Assembly (NCBI GenBank): GCA_004022145.1
Contig: RCNU01000009.1
Source: Paecilomyces variotii
Taxonomy: Eukaryota
Reading direction: 5' to 3' (one strand)
Length of the DNA stretch: 64,000 bases
Part shown: piece after piece, positions 1-13,000 of the stretch
Layout: each line of letters starts with the position of its first letter
Position numbering within the stretch: the first letter of the stretch is position 1
Made by a program: the position numbers and the translations under genes
Notes under the pieces: model-generated
What the model was told of the DNA's origin: nothing
Seen by the model: only the letters and a program-made list of their open reading frames with translations
Databases searched by the model: none

Positions 1-550
1 CATACCCAGGAGAAGACCGATGTCATCCAGAACGAGAAACGAAACATGCGGTTGAGTCCGAATCTATGACCACGAGTATCTTGAGACTCTCGGTACCCTC
101 CACCCTCATCATGGAAAAGTACAATTAGTGATCGACAAAGAATACGATAAAGGCCCCGCGCATCTAAGTATTATGAGAGCCGTTAACTTGGGTATTCTGT
201 TTCAAGTATTTTCTCATTATCGAAGATATTCTTGGCCCGTCGACTACATTGTACGTGCAAGCCATAGTATGTAACTTCAATCTGTTCTGTTATGGACCGT
301 AAAACCCTGATACAGCTTCGGCAATACATCAAGTAGACAGTAGTATTAGTGGAGAGTGTCAACGACAGTCTATCGGATCAACATCCTTATCGGACGGATC
401 CAGCGGAGCCATGATGGTCTCTTCTCAACGCTATCACGGCTCACACCTAATCTGATAGTAAAACAAATAAGGTATTCCAGAAAACGCCATATCAAAAATG
501 AAATCAACAAAAGGAGATGGCTGTCGAAGCCTGTGTCAAGAGAACAAAAG

Positions 551-1980
551 TTAACGACCCGCTGCAGCTTGGTCGCATTCAGAAATGAATCTATATATCC
601 CCCCGAGACCTTCATGATCTGCGGATCGAGAACCTCCTGTGACGGACAACTCAGGAAAGAATCCCCTATCACCCAGTTCACTGATGTCGACGCTAGAATA
701 GCCAGACGGCGAGGTTGTCCAAGGGTTTGGCCCGAACATCTCAACGTCCTCGTAGTCCAGACCCGTTCCAGTGTGCGGTGAGTAGATCCACGAAGGATGT
801 GTCTTGCGTTCTGAAGACATCATGTCGCGCCAGTCGACTTCATGTGGAGTCTGCTGTCCGGGCGGGTCTCTCAGATTGAAGTAACCAGCCGCGGATGAAG
901 GTGCAACGCTGGGGGCAAATGGGAAGAGAAGAGCGAGATCAGCTGCGTTGCGGACCTCGAAGTCCTCATCTTGGATGATTCGGCCCCTCTCAACTCCCAC
1001 TTCATCACATAGTCGCTCCACTGTGTCCGCATCGCAACCCGGGAATCCCACTCGGATTGTGGATTTCCCTTGAAGAGAGATAGGCAAGTCTCCTAGTGCC
1101 GAGAGACGCTTCAGATCGTTCAGCACAGCAGCAAAATCCTTTAAAGCACGTGCGAAGTCGACGGACAGCAGCTCTAGAAGGCCCTCGGAGCTAAGAGTGT
1201 TTTGCTCAAAATCCTCAGCCGACACCTGCTTCTTTTGCAGTTCCCCCATGACACCGAAAGCGGTGATGGTAGGAGAAACTTCAAAGTCAATGTATGAGCC
1301 GGGACTCGCGCGTGGGATATCTGCCATGCGGCGTTCAGTCTGATCCTGGAGAGCAGTCACAGCCTTGTAACGCTTCTCGCCCGTACGAGGATCAATTCCA
1401 TCGAATCTGACCCTCTGACCGGACAAGAAGAAAGCACGTACTCCTTGCGAGACATTGTTGATGACCTGCGCGGGGTTCGCCGGCCCATGCGAGAAGTACC
1501 GGGCTCCTCCAACACGCCCGGCACCGATAGCATAGCCTCCCGCTGTCCGACCCAGAGTACCACCCGTCAGGTTAGGACGAAGAGTCGTCGCGAAGGGCGC
1601 TTGCGCAGTAAGGCGACTGACGGCAGAACCGACACGAGTGCTCTGGTAAGAAGGGGCGCTTCCACGGGCGGCAGCGGCATTGACAAGCTTGCCAGCTGCG
1701 TGTGTAGAGAAGTATCGGCCACGGGCCTGGCGGATAGCAGCGGCACGGCTGATGGGTTGCTTGGGGGTAATTCGAGCATAGGCTGGCTGCAATCGCAGCT
1801 GAGCCTGCTGGATCTGCTCAGGGAATTTCGATTTGAGGGCTCTATACGCCTTCTCGTAGGCAAACCTGCGGGAACTATGAGTCAGTAACTATGGTCAATG
1901 GCCGAAAGACGCAAGAGGGATACTGACCTGGCTGCCCGCCAAACCTTGGGGAGCAACAGGTGCCCACTTGATGGCGCCAT
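551..1980 (-). CDS. Conserved fungal protein, SPG5 (stationary phase protein 5)-like; 2 exons (1980-1928, 1865-551)
   Basis: ATG at 1980 (MAPSSGHLLLPKVWRAAR); GTCAGT..CAG intron 1927-1866 joins in frame to the 413-aa ORF. Motifs ARYFSHGP..AQVINNVSQGVRAFFLSG, GSYIDF and DLKRLSALGDLPI; family assignment from memory. Confidence 0.7.
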
Positions 1981-2424
1981 GCTGTTGATATCGAGATGGG
2001 TTTCTCGACAGAAGCGTTAGATGGAAGATGGAAAGACAAGATGGACGATGCCTGGTTCTTGAGGGGTGGTCTCCGCGCAGCTGATGTGGCGGTGCACCCC
2101 CGACTCCGAGTCAGCCGTTGCCACCCGCCGGTTGGTTTAAGTACTCAGTATGGTACTTACTGAAACTGAAACGGGAGGCTTATTCCCTCTAGTCTCTGAT
2201 ATCTCCCTAAAAAACCACGATCATAATTATTTTTATCCAATATGCTAATGTACTGCAAGAAAGAGCTATTGTCATGCGGAGGTGATGAAAGAAGTCTATT
2301 CATTGTCATCAAGTCTATGATGGAACATAACATAAGCCGCTCGTATGACCACTCTGGGTCTGTAGGTACCTAATTTAAGACAATTCGGGTATATGTTTCT
2401 ATGCGCGTGCCAGGTACTAGGCCT

Positions 2425-3502
2425 TTACTCGTCATCACCAAAGAAGACCTTGACAGGAAGCCAGTCGTCACCGCAGACCTTGAAACGGTCGGGCAGGTTG
2501 TCCAGCGCCTTGATCTCGTCCTCAGAGAGCTCCCAGCCGTCCAGCTCGAAGTTCTTCTCAATGCGCTCCTTGTTGACGGACTTGGGGATGACACTCCAGC
2601 CCTTCTGCAGACCCCACAGAAGCAGAACCTGCTGGGGAGTCTTGCCCTTCTTCTCCGCCAACGTCAGGAGGGTCTGGTCCTTGTACAAAGGCGAGTTGGT
2701 CGATCCCAAGCAAGAGTAACCTGTGCAGTGGATGCCCTTCTCCTTGTTATAGGCGACCAGCTTGGGCGATGGGTTATTGGGGTGCAGCTCAATCTGGTTG
2801 ACCGCAGGAACGATCTTGGTGCTCGGGTCGTTCAGGAGCTTCTCCAGGTTCTTGATTCCGAAGTTGGAGACACCGATGTTCTTGACCTTGCCGGTAGCAG
2901 GGAGCTTCTGCATCTCTTGCCTGTTCTAGTGTTAATGCCATGAAAATCTCCACGGGAAATAACAATTGGGACGTACCAGGTCTTGATGAAGTCCCAGTCA
3001 GGCAGGTGCTTCTTCTTGTCATTCGGGTCCGTGGAGCTGGGCCAGTGCACCAGGTAGAGATCGACATAATCAAGACCAAGGCTCTTGAGGGAGGAGTCAA
3101 TACCCTCCTGGACACGGTGGTGCCAGGTGTTGTCCAGCTTGGTGGTCACCCAGATCTCTTCGCGGGGAACACCCGACTCCTTGATACCCTCGCCAACCTC
3201 TGCTTCGTTGCCATAGGCAAGAGCGCTGCACACCCGCTTGTCAGCTTCTTTCACGGGACGCTCGAGTGTCCGGATCAGAGAATATTACTTACGTGTCAAT
3301 GTGACGGTATCCCTTGGCCAGCGCAGTCTTCACGGCCTCCTTGACCTCGTTGGGCTTGGACTGCCAGGTACCCAGACCAACGGCGGGGATCTTGGCGCCG
3401 GTGTTGAGGGTGAAAGTCAACCTGTACAAGATCTCGATAAGTTTCTGGCGCTTTGTTGATTATGTGCAGAGGTGCTTACTTGGTGTGATCGAGGGTCGAC
3501 AT
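2425..3502 (-). CDS. Aldo-keto reductase (Gcy1/Ypr1-like), 4 exons
   Basis: [57 protein letters not shown] and SVIPKS motifs across spliced ORFs. Confidence 0.92.
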
Positions 3503-4434
3503 CTTGCGTGTTTGGAGAGAGAAAAATCTATGTTCGAAGAACCTATGTTTGTAACACGAAGAGAATCGAGTGATACGGAGAGATGCTGGAAAGAAAGTCG
3601 AGCAAGACTGCGCCAGAAGGGAGCTTCCCCCCTCTATAAGGGAGGGGAAGCCAACACGAGCGAGAGTCCGCATTGGCGGGGAACGAGCAGCACAGCAACA
3701 ACGCGAGCGCCCGTATCGCAATCGTCAATGAGGGGCAATCCAGAGAGGGCAACGCGCCAGTCACTGCAGGTAATCGCTTTCCAACGCCCCTCCTGGTGGC
3801 TCCAGAAGGTGGGGGAAGGCCGTCCCATTTCTAGTCGGAGGATCAACCGTTTGCTGGTTAATATTCAAGCCGAATGGGCCCAATATCGGGTAAAAAGGGC
3901 ATAGCTGTTCACCCAAGCTTTCGACAGGGGAATTGGCCGATCAGACCCAGTAGAAAATGCTATGCTATCTGATTGCTCAATCAGGCACCGCATGTCTACC
4001 AGGGGCCATTGGGGATACCGGTTTCATTAGTGTCTCACCGGTTAAAAGGGAATACACAGACACCAGCGTGTATTATTCTATCTATCTATCTATCTACTCT
4101 AGTGGCAGAAAGAACCTTACCGGCGGGTTGAGCTGCCTTCGGTGATTTTGCAGATACGTCCAGTTTGACGTCACGTCACCGCCTGGCTAATTCTGCCGCG
4201 GCAAGCCACACACGAATCCGCTAAGACCGTCTACTTTCTCCGTGAAGTTCAGGCGCAATTCGTCTCTGTCTTAGTTAGATACGCCGCTGCCAGGGACGAG
4301 GCACTGCTTAGAAATTATCCTGGCCCGAGTTATATGCACTTGGTGACGGCGCACCCACCTGTCGCAACCGCACTAGAACCCATCCCACCAGGTCAGAACC
4401 GATCTGCCCCTACGGGTAAAATCAGCCTGCGAAG

Positions 4435-5411
4435 ATGTCTTCCGGCTTTGTATCCGCAGGGACCAACGAAGAGCCTGTGACTCGCGATGACGAATGGCTC
4501 CGGGCACAGCAGGAATTGGAGGAAGAGCGGAGACGGAAGGCGGAGATAGGAAAACAGAACGATGGGAAGAGTCTCTATGAAGTGCTGCAGCAGAACAAGA
4601 GTGAGTTGTGCTCAATAGCATTGTTTCTTCGCCTCCACTACTATGAATCATTGTAGTCAACAATAACAATTCGACGTGATGTTATCCATCCTTTCTTTCC
4701 TTTTCTTTTTCTTCGATGATGATGAATAAATGACACGGCCATGGAAGGAAAAACCGCACTTCTCCATGACCTCCGGCTAACATATCAGGGTGAAACCCTT
4801 GCCGTCATACAGTGGCCAAGCAAGAGGCCTTTGAAGAGTCGATTCGACTGAAGAACCAATTTCGATCTCTGGATGAGGATGAGGTCGAGTTTCTAGATTC
4901 GCTCCTCGAGTCGACGCGAGCCAAAGAGGCTGCGGTCAAGCAAGAGACCGCTGAGCAGCTGGAAGCATTCCACCGTCAGCGCCAAGAAGCCGATAAAGCC
5001 CTACTCGAAACAGCATCTGGAGAGACAGCCAATCCTGGGGCAGGATCCCCGGGCGAAGAGGAGCAATGGGCGATCTCCGGACGGAAAAGGAGGCGTGATA
5101 AGAAGAAGGAATCATTGATCCCAGGGAAAAGACGCAAGTCATCAGCGGCAGAAGAGGCGGAGGCTTCTGGCTCTACGGAGCGGAAAGCCAGCTCTGCGTC
5201 CGCCAAGGAAGATACCGAGAAGAATAAAGAGGGGTCAAAGTCATCGATATCACCATCGACGAACCAGTCACGGCCGGCAGCAGCCACTGTAACGGCACAA
5301 GGGCTCCCAGAAAAAGCTCAAACACCTTCGCAGCCCAGTCCTCCTGTGGCCAAAGCTGCTGCACCATTATCAGGGTTAATAGCCTATAGTTCCGACGAAG
5401 ATTCGTCATAA
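4435..5411 (+). CDS. FYV6: FYV6/FAM192A (PSME3IP1/NIP30) second-step splicing factor; exons 4435-4600, 4813-5411
   Basis: MSSGFVSAG...KSLYEVLQQNK-MAKQEAFEESIRLKNQFRSLDEDEVEFL signature; C-terminal GLIAYSSDED. Confidence 0.85.
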
Positions 5412-5937
5412 TCCGCGAAGGGACATGTCCGTCCGCAGCAATATGTATTTGTAGCATCCTCTGACTGACACTTCTTACATAATGCGTCTTGAGAGGATCA
5501 TTGCCAGATATTTATTTATACTGGTTGCATCTGAACAGACTCAAACGATGTTACTGGTAACATACATCGGTAGCCCGGTGCCATGAAGATTGACGTGACT
5601 GTCTTGATAAGACGGACCATATAATTTCAGTCCCACTCGAAGAGCTGTTCAGTCACCAGCCTGCTACATGGTTGAAACTACGAGTTGCTTTTGCCTTTAA
5701 TATCGGTATCAATTACAAGCTTAAAAAACAAGTCGCTTTATATTGTGTCATTCTGCGCCATCTTCAGTCGTTACACATAGGTAAAGAACTCCCATAAATC
5801 ATCATAGCTCAATATTAGTCACAATACAGCGTCTTGGGATAATCTCCCAGAAATCGTCATTATACGTAGAGATAGAGGCACTGGGCCAAAATCTCCAAGG
5901 TGGCTGAAATAAAAGAGATCACCCTCCTCCTCAAGCT

Positions 5938-6347
5938 TTAGCCGTACCTAACATCACGAACGGTTCCATCGTCATCCACATGGATGTTCAATCTGGTAGA
6001 AGTTGTCTAAGTATTAGCAAATCTCCCAATGAGACGACAATTGCAGATGCAGGTATATGTCATCGCTGCCAACTAGTGAGACTAACCTATCCGGGTTATG
6101 GTCCATGGTTGTCATATCTCCCTGTTTAACCACCCTGTGAGTCTGGGGGAGATCCTTCTTTGCAAAGGACTATATACAAGACAAATGGAGTTAGTAAATC
6201 CAGAACAAAACCAAGCTGACGACTCGAAATCGAGACACATACAGTAGCATCAGTCGTAGAGTCGGTGAGTTTCTTGCCCATCAATTTGTTCACCCATTCC
6301 GACTTATCTCCGAAAGAGGAGTTGATCCCTGGAACGACGAGAGGCAT
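5938..6347 (-). CDS. Small (~80 aa) peptidase inhibitor I78-like protein, 3 exons
   Basis: Spliced product MPLVVPGI..KLMGKKL..SFAKKDLPQTHRVVKQGDMTTMDHNPDRLNIHVDDDGTVRDVRYG*, with the TMD..PDRLNI reactive-loop motif. Confidence 0.8.
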
Positions 6348-7730
6348 TATGAATGAGTGGTAGCTTTAATTATGTATACTTATGTATTGCTGTGAAATGA
6401 CGAGAGGCACGGGTTTCTTGTCTAGATTTCAAAAAGTGATGGAACCTAAACTTCCTTGGATCTGAGATCTCGTTTATATAACTTTCAGCGATAAGCAGGC
6501 AGCATCATTCAATCTACAGCCAAGATCATGACGTAGCCTGGCATTTCAGGATGGGACCCTGTGACTATATAGACTGAAACGGGAAACTAGGGTTTAGGGC
6601 TATCTACTGTATGCGGTGATGCTGCGGAGCAACATCAAAGATACAGCACTGCTGCAATATCTGGTAGGAATCTGACCCATGAGATATGCTTAAATTGCAT
6701 CTCATCCATCGGTCCCTGTGCCGCAAGCTAAGATATTTCTGATCTATTGTTAGGACTCACAGCCTTTCGCTATGTCGCGCCAGCGGAAAGGTCGCCTATC
6801 CGCAAGACGCCAACGCAACCACAGCCACATTGCTCCGAGCGATGGCTTGAAGGTTACCGCGTTCATTATCTAGCAGGGGACTTGTGAGGACATCGTATTG
6901 ATGAATAAATCCGTTAAGCAGCAATCAAAACCTGGTATCGTTCCTCAAGGTACCCGGAGAGGTAGTATTAGCAAAACACTGAGGATGTTGGAGCCTTGTT
7001 CATGATACTAATCCTATAAGCAGTTCAGTGGTTCGATCCTTTGGCATTATGGAGGGAAATTCAGAGCGCATACTGTCGTTTCTTGAGTCGTTGGTGGATG
7101 CTTTGGCCCCCAATATTCCTCCGACGGCTGTGAGGTAGCTTCCAAGTCCTAACGGGGATATCGACCGTTCTGCCCATGAGTCCTGGCAGAGCCTCCTCCA
7201 TCGCAGATTTGTGGAGGTCGCGAATGCATATTCTTGATCCCTGGTTCCAACGTCGCTTGGTACTTCATCAGTTATTGGCTTGAGGCTGCTTGCGGGCTGC
7301 ACACCTGGGTCCTTAGCAGGAAAGCAGACTATGTTATCATGGATTTCCAAAAGAGGCTGTGCCTTTTCATACTAACCTATGGGTGCTTACTTATAGATTT
7401 TGATCCTGTAACATAAATGGCCCCCTCTGATGTCGGATGTTCTTTCTATGTGGTGACGCGCTGTTGTTCTACTTCACTTATATGGCGGGAAGCTGCGGTG
7501 CAGGCCGGCTTTGCTGCAGATCTACTTGGGACTTCTGATCACCGTTTACACATATCGTCGCCGCAGCGATATCACCGTGATTGTTCAGCGTTGCCTAGAT
7601 GTGTTCTCGGCGGGTCACACGTTGCACGCTTTTTGGTTTATTTTTTCAAATTGCTCCTGATATCAAATCCTTTCTTCAACCCGCATCTCCATGTGTCCCA
7701 GCTTCATCACCATCCCGCACCTACTGCTGC

Positions 7731-9122
7731 ATGATGAAAGCCCTCTACCTCTTTGCCCTTTTATGGGCCATCTCTGCTTGGGCTATACCACTGCTGTCTA
7801 CTTCGGCGGAACTGGCTTATCCTACTCTCACGCATGTGCTTGTTGTCAACCTTTGCTGGCGCGTGCATGAAGGGACTGAAGCTGAACACGCAGTCTGTCA
7901 TTACCTTGGTCCTCAGCCTCTTGGTACAGGCGATGATGAGTGCTCTGCAATGATTGAAAAGGGAAAGGATCTCTGGAGGACTGGGAAGATCGGCGCTTCC
8001 AAGGAGTACCAGAACTCATCTAAACATCCTGCGCATGCCAAAGTGGTCTACAGACGCTCTGATGACCACTTAGAAAGCGATGCCGAGGAAAATAGTGAAG
8101 GCAACGGACACGATGGCTATCAGACAGAAGCTGCTAAGACGACCGCAAAAGCTAGTCAGCCAACTGAGACGACGTCCGAAGAGAATCATACGAGTACAAA
8201 GGGCGAATCTACAGCGACAGTGGCATCCTTGGTGTCTTCTCATGAGACGACACAATCTTCGACCGAGAATATGTCTAAAACAGAGGCATCTAAAACTTCT
8301 GACACAAAGACAATCTCTACGACTGAAAGTCGCACTTCGGTGGTCACCAGCACATCTAAAGCATTTGCTACTACCTCGCATCCATCAAGAGCCCGCACTA
8401 CCATTGCTCAGGCTCAACAGACGAGCTATCGGAAGTTCGATATGGCCAGTTACCATCGGAGTTCCATTGCTGCCGGTGTGATCTTCGGCTTTCTCGCCTC
8501 CCTAGCAGTTGTATGTGTCTTTGTGATGTATGTCAGGAAGTGGATCAGGGCCTGGAAGCGTCGACAGCAGGGCCGGTTGGGTGATTCTGTTCTCCCTCTG
8601 GTTGAAGATGGTAGGACCTCCAGATCCGGTACGGCGCAGGGCTATCCCTCACGAATGCGAGATCACCAGTCTCCGATGTGGGCTCCCATTCAACCTTCAG
8701 AGTCTTCTGTTACCGTCGCCGTTGGACAGCAACATTCGACCCATGAAATGACTCCCATCTCGACGAATAGCGGAAGCAACACTCCTGTTGGTAGAACACC
8801 CACCGACTCTCAGGGGTCTTCTTCCAACAGCACAGACTCACAAATCCGAGTCGTTACCGGGCTCATCCCTTCAGTTATCGTGGTCCCTCCCACGCCTAGT
8901 CCGGTTCTCGAGATGCCAAGTAACAATACTCCCCTCCCGTCTGCTGAAATGGGCTCCGGTGACAATCGTGACCGCACCCCAATGACTCCTCGACACCAGA
9001 GCCGCCACTCGGAACCGACCCTTCGCACTCACGATGGTTCGACTCATCCGTCATGGCTCCCCTTTATTCCGAGGTGGTCAGCCTCTCCGATTATCAATGT
9101 CTCTGATCACATGGGACATTAG
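7731..9122 (+). CDS. Type I membrane protein: signal peptide, Ser/Thr-rich ectodomain, one TM helix, disordered tail
   Basis: MMKALYLFALLWAISAWA signal; S/T-rich stretch; IAAGVIFGFLASLAVVCVFVMYV followed by RKWIRAWKRR. Confidence 0.7.
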   Translation: MMKALYLFALLWAISAWAIPLLSTSAELAYPTLTHVLVVNLCWRVHEGTEAEHAVCHYLGPQPLGTGDDECSAMIEKGKDLWRTGKIGASKEYQNSSKHPAHAKVVYRRSDDHLESDAEENSEGNGHDGYQTEAAKTTAKASQPTETTSEENHTSTKGESTATVASLVSSHETTQSSTENMSKTEASKTSDTKTISTTESRTSVVTSTSKAFATTSHPSRARTTIAQAQQTSYRKFDMASYHRSSIAAGVIFGFLASLAVVCVFVMYVRKWIRAWKRRQQGRLGDSVLPLVEDGRTSRSGTAQGYPSRMRDHQSPMWAPIQPSESSVTVAVGQQHSTHEMTPISTNSGSNTPVGRTPTDSQGSSSNSTDSQIRVVTGLIPSVIVVPPTPSPVLEMPSNNTPLPSAEMGSGDNRDRTPMTPRHQSRHSEPTLRTHDGSTHPSWLPFIPRWSASPIINVSDHMGH

Positions 9123-10048
9123 ATTCACTGGCACAGCGCTGTGTTCGCGCCTGAGATTATCTCTCGGCCCTAGGCACGTGTTCATACGGAATCCAAAAGG
9201 ATCCTATCTTCGCGCCATACTTTCCTCAAATTTCTGCTATGTCGTTCTCGTCATCATTTGTGTCAGTTGTAATACCCCCTACTGTTTGGTTGGAGTAATG
9301 GTTTTCTTCCTTGGCGCCCGGCGAAAGGCTACGGTCTGCTCCTTTTGAAATTTGTAACTACAAAAAAAAAAGTCGATACGTTTCCTGGCTAGCAGAATAA
9401 AGAAAATTCAGCGAATAAATAGTGGATCTTCCTTGACTGTAGACAAGTAGGGTACGATACTGGTGGCCTCCTTAATGGTATTATATATACTACCCCGTTA
9501 TCAGCATATGTATCTAGTGCATGTGATGCACCCCTCGAATATATCAATGAATCTGTAGAATCCTAAATGGATGGGAGCATAGTCTGAACAGAACCACCTA
9601 GTTGATTTGCTAGATTGCTTGAATATAATTCTAAGGGACGGGGATCTCAACCCATATTTATCTGTTATAGCATACAAAGGATCTAGATCCTAGTTCTATC
9701 CTATAATTACAATATCAAAGAATGCCATGTCAGCAATAAGAGTTGCGGTCTGTTGTTTATTCTACGTACCGTTGAAGAGGGCTTATTGCGTCTGTAAGGG
9801 CCAATCAAGGCTTCAGAGTAGATAGACAGATATTCATTACCATTGAATGAGAAAGTATCAGAAGAAACACAATGAAGAAGTGAAATAGGGGGTTGTTTGA
9901 TTTGATTTAATTTGATATGACATGAGAGAGATGACGTGAGACGTAAAACATACAATTGTGTAACGTGGGGGGAAATCTTTATCGTGAATCGCCATAAAGG
10001 AACAGATGAAATAATCCAGGTCTCATGATCAAAAGTCGTATCTAGATT

Positions 10049-13000
10049 CTATGATGAGTTCATTTCCTTCACACTTCGGAGACAACGTTCTAATCGTTTC
10101 CCACGCTCCTTTTCCCTCACTAAAGTTGACCTGACGAAAGAGCGGATAGCTTCCCTTCCAACTTTCTCCCGCCAGGTTGTCCATCCGGCCAGTTCGCCGA
10201 CTACCACATCCTTATTCCATGTAATCTCTCGTGAAAGCCGTGCGGTCTGCGCTTCAGAATCCCGGATCTTCTGCTCCAGGTCACGGACTGATTTCTGCCT
10301 CGATTCTTCAAGCCCAGGAAGGTTGATGTTGAATTTCCGGGGAAGAGAGGACGAGACCAGTGAGGAACGTGATCGCGCAAGGCTGCGGTTGGTGGATGCC
10401 AGCTCGGAAATCAGCGATAGAGGACGAGACAAGGAAGCTAGAATGGCAGATGTGGTACTATGTGTCGAGGTGATGGCAGTGAGGTACTGAATAAGAGGTG
10501 ATGAATCCGAAGAGGAGGTGGAGACATAACTCGCATATCGGGAAAACGCCTCGATGTGAGAGCTTGGAAGAGCATTCGTGGGTTCCCCGAGAGTCGACAA
10601 TGCAGTAGATAATAGCATGGCAGCATCTGCGAAATCTGATACTGCATGTTGCAAAGCATGGCCACGTCGAATCAAGCTCCGCGTGTTAGCATGAACGGCA
10701 CGGACCATATCCTGAGCATGAGAGACGAATTGTTCCGTATCCCTGATCCCTTCAACCGTGACAGGAGCATAGTCTTCCTGTATAGATTCGGAAAGAACTG
10801 CAGCTTTGCGGCGGGACCTGTCCGCCATCATTTCAGGCTGCATTTCAGGCACAAGGAAAAATTCCCAAAGCATTTCATGCGTAGCAAATGTAGGATGCGC
10901 GAGCAGGATCTTCAAAAATCTATCAAGCTTTTCCTGCATGTCATGGAGCACGGCTCTAGAGGGTTTGGAATGGATCTGAAAGGGGGTGCGAAAGTCGTTG
11001 ATTTTAGGTATGTAGGAGGCCGGGTGCTCAACAGAGAGCCACTTGGCCAAATTCTCAAAGTCAGCCAAAGTTCGCCGACAGGTAGTGACCGTGTAAGTCG
11101 TCGAGCCTGGACGAGATAGTTCATCGGGAGTATCTGATGGCGGAGTTGGCGCACCGGATTTGAGTATGAAGCGAACCGTGGCATCCTCAACAAAGAATGA
11201 ACGAACAACTGTCGTGATGCGCCCGGAGGGGTCCGAGGGAGACGATGGAGGATTAGAGAAAAGGATAAGGTCGTCAATCCTATTTCGCACTTCATCATCC
11301 TTTGCAAGCTCAACTGCGGTCAAACCACGTGCCTCCTTGATAGAGACATCGACTCTCGAATCAGAGAAGAACGTCCTAACAAGATCGATACGCCCATATT
11401 TGCTGGCCATCATTAGAGGCGTGAACTTCTTGTCATTCGTAGCATTCGGATCTGAGTCACATTCGTGCAGGATTCGTAGTGTGATTTCGGGATCACTGAC
11501 GATATGTAACAGGGTGTTGCCCTTTGCATCGACGTGTTCATCCAACCGAAGAGGTCTTCCACCCCCCTGAGCTTCCCGAACGGTCGTCAGAGCTTCGTTC
11601 ACCATGCTTTTATAGTCAGGGTGGTCGTATGATCTGCAGAGCGCAAATAGCGGCGTCTGTCCATGTTTATCCTGTTGACGCCATGGGAGAAGTCGCCCGA
11701 GCCTGGACATCAGACTTGGCGCACTGAAGAGATAGTGAGCAACCGTCCGCCCACGGATATCAGATTTAGATAGATAGGAAACCACCGTGTCCTCATTTGA
11801 ATTTCGGAAGAGGAGGTCAAGAATGATATCAACAAGTTCGGTATGACCTAATTGGACAGCAGCACTCAACAGTGTCGTACCATCACTATTAGTGTCCTCG
11901 AGAACATACTCCAGTGGATAGTACTCTTCGAGACTCAGAAGGTATCTCAAAGCCTCGGGCTGGCGCGACTCTACTGCCATCATGAGAACAGAATCGCCAG
12001 ATGGATCCTGCGTTTTCGTGAGAGTCTCAATGGAGCTATCTCCTTCAATACAGCTCATTGTCGACCCGATGGTCGTACGCGAGACGTGTGATATCACGGA
12101 TGACCCAGACAGACTGTGGACGTCCATTGACACCTTTTTGACAGGGCGTGGTCGTTCTTTCGGCACCGTATCCGACCATGTTTGGAAAGGGAATACGTGA
12201 GCCAAAGAAGGTCTGTCTTCCGCCTCTTCGACATCCGTCACGCTATTGCCTACGTCAGATGATACACCAAACCCGGAGAGTCGCGATGATAGCCCGTCAA
12301 CATCGTCCTTATCTTCATCGGTTAGGAACATCACTGATTTCCCTTCTGGCTCATTTGGCGCATCATCTATCGAGTCATGGTCACCGTCCGGTTCCAGTAT
12401 CGCCTTCATCTCTGAGATCTTCCCCGTCTTCGTAGCATTCCAAAGACGCTTATTCCGCGAACTGGCCCGCCTAAGACCCCCAGAGTCCGTGACCAGATAA
12501 GTCAAAACAGCCTCAAGAGTACTCAGAGCATAGCCCATCTCCCCGCTTTCAACATCGTCGATATAGATAAAATGCTGCATATACAGTAGCCTGGCTTGTA
12601 AATGACGTATTTGAGCTCTGATGACAACGATGAGCAGCATTGACACCAAAAGATCTGCATTAACGGTCACTGGTGCCTGCTTTTCAGATGTCGACGAGTT
12701 CTCTGCGTCGTAGCTCTCGGGGACACTTATAACTTTGATAGTGGCGAGAAGCACTTCAAGCATATCTTGCGGACACTTGGCTTCCGTCATTTTTCGAAAC
12801 TCTTCCACGCCTCTACCAAGTCTGCGGATCAGTTCCTGCTTTCGTTCTCGACCTCCTTCGATGGAGATCCCAACCTGAGAGACATCAATGTTCTCGATCT
12901 GTCGTATCCGTACATCGAGCTCTGTGTCTTCCGGCTGCCGGAAACTGCATAGTCGAGGGAAGAGTAGTGACTCGTGAACTTGTTCTGCGACGTAGCGTTC

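Noticed and set aside
1-128. Possible 3' end of an upstream plus-strand gene
   Set aside because: Too short, and no recognisable motif in any frame.
4716-4800. ATGATGA C-box-like motif in the FYV6 intron
   Set aside because: No CTGA D box or recognisable rRNA complement downstream.
7020-7050. GGTTCGATCC T-loop-like motif
   Set aside because: No cloverleaf or A box around it; not a tRNA.
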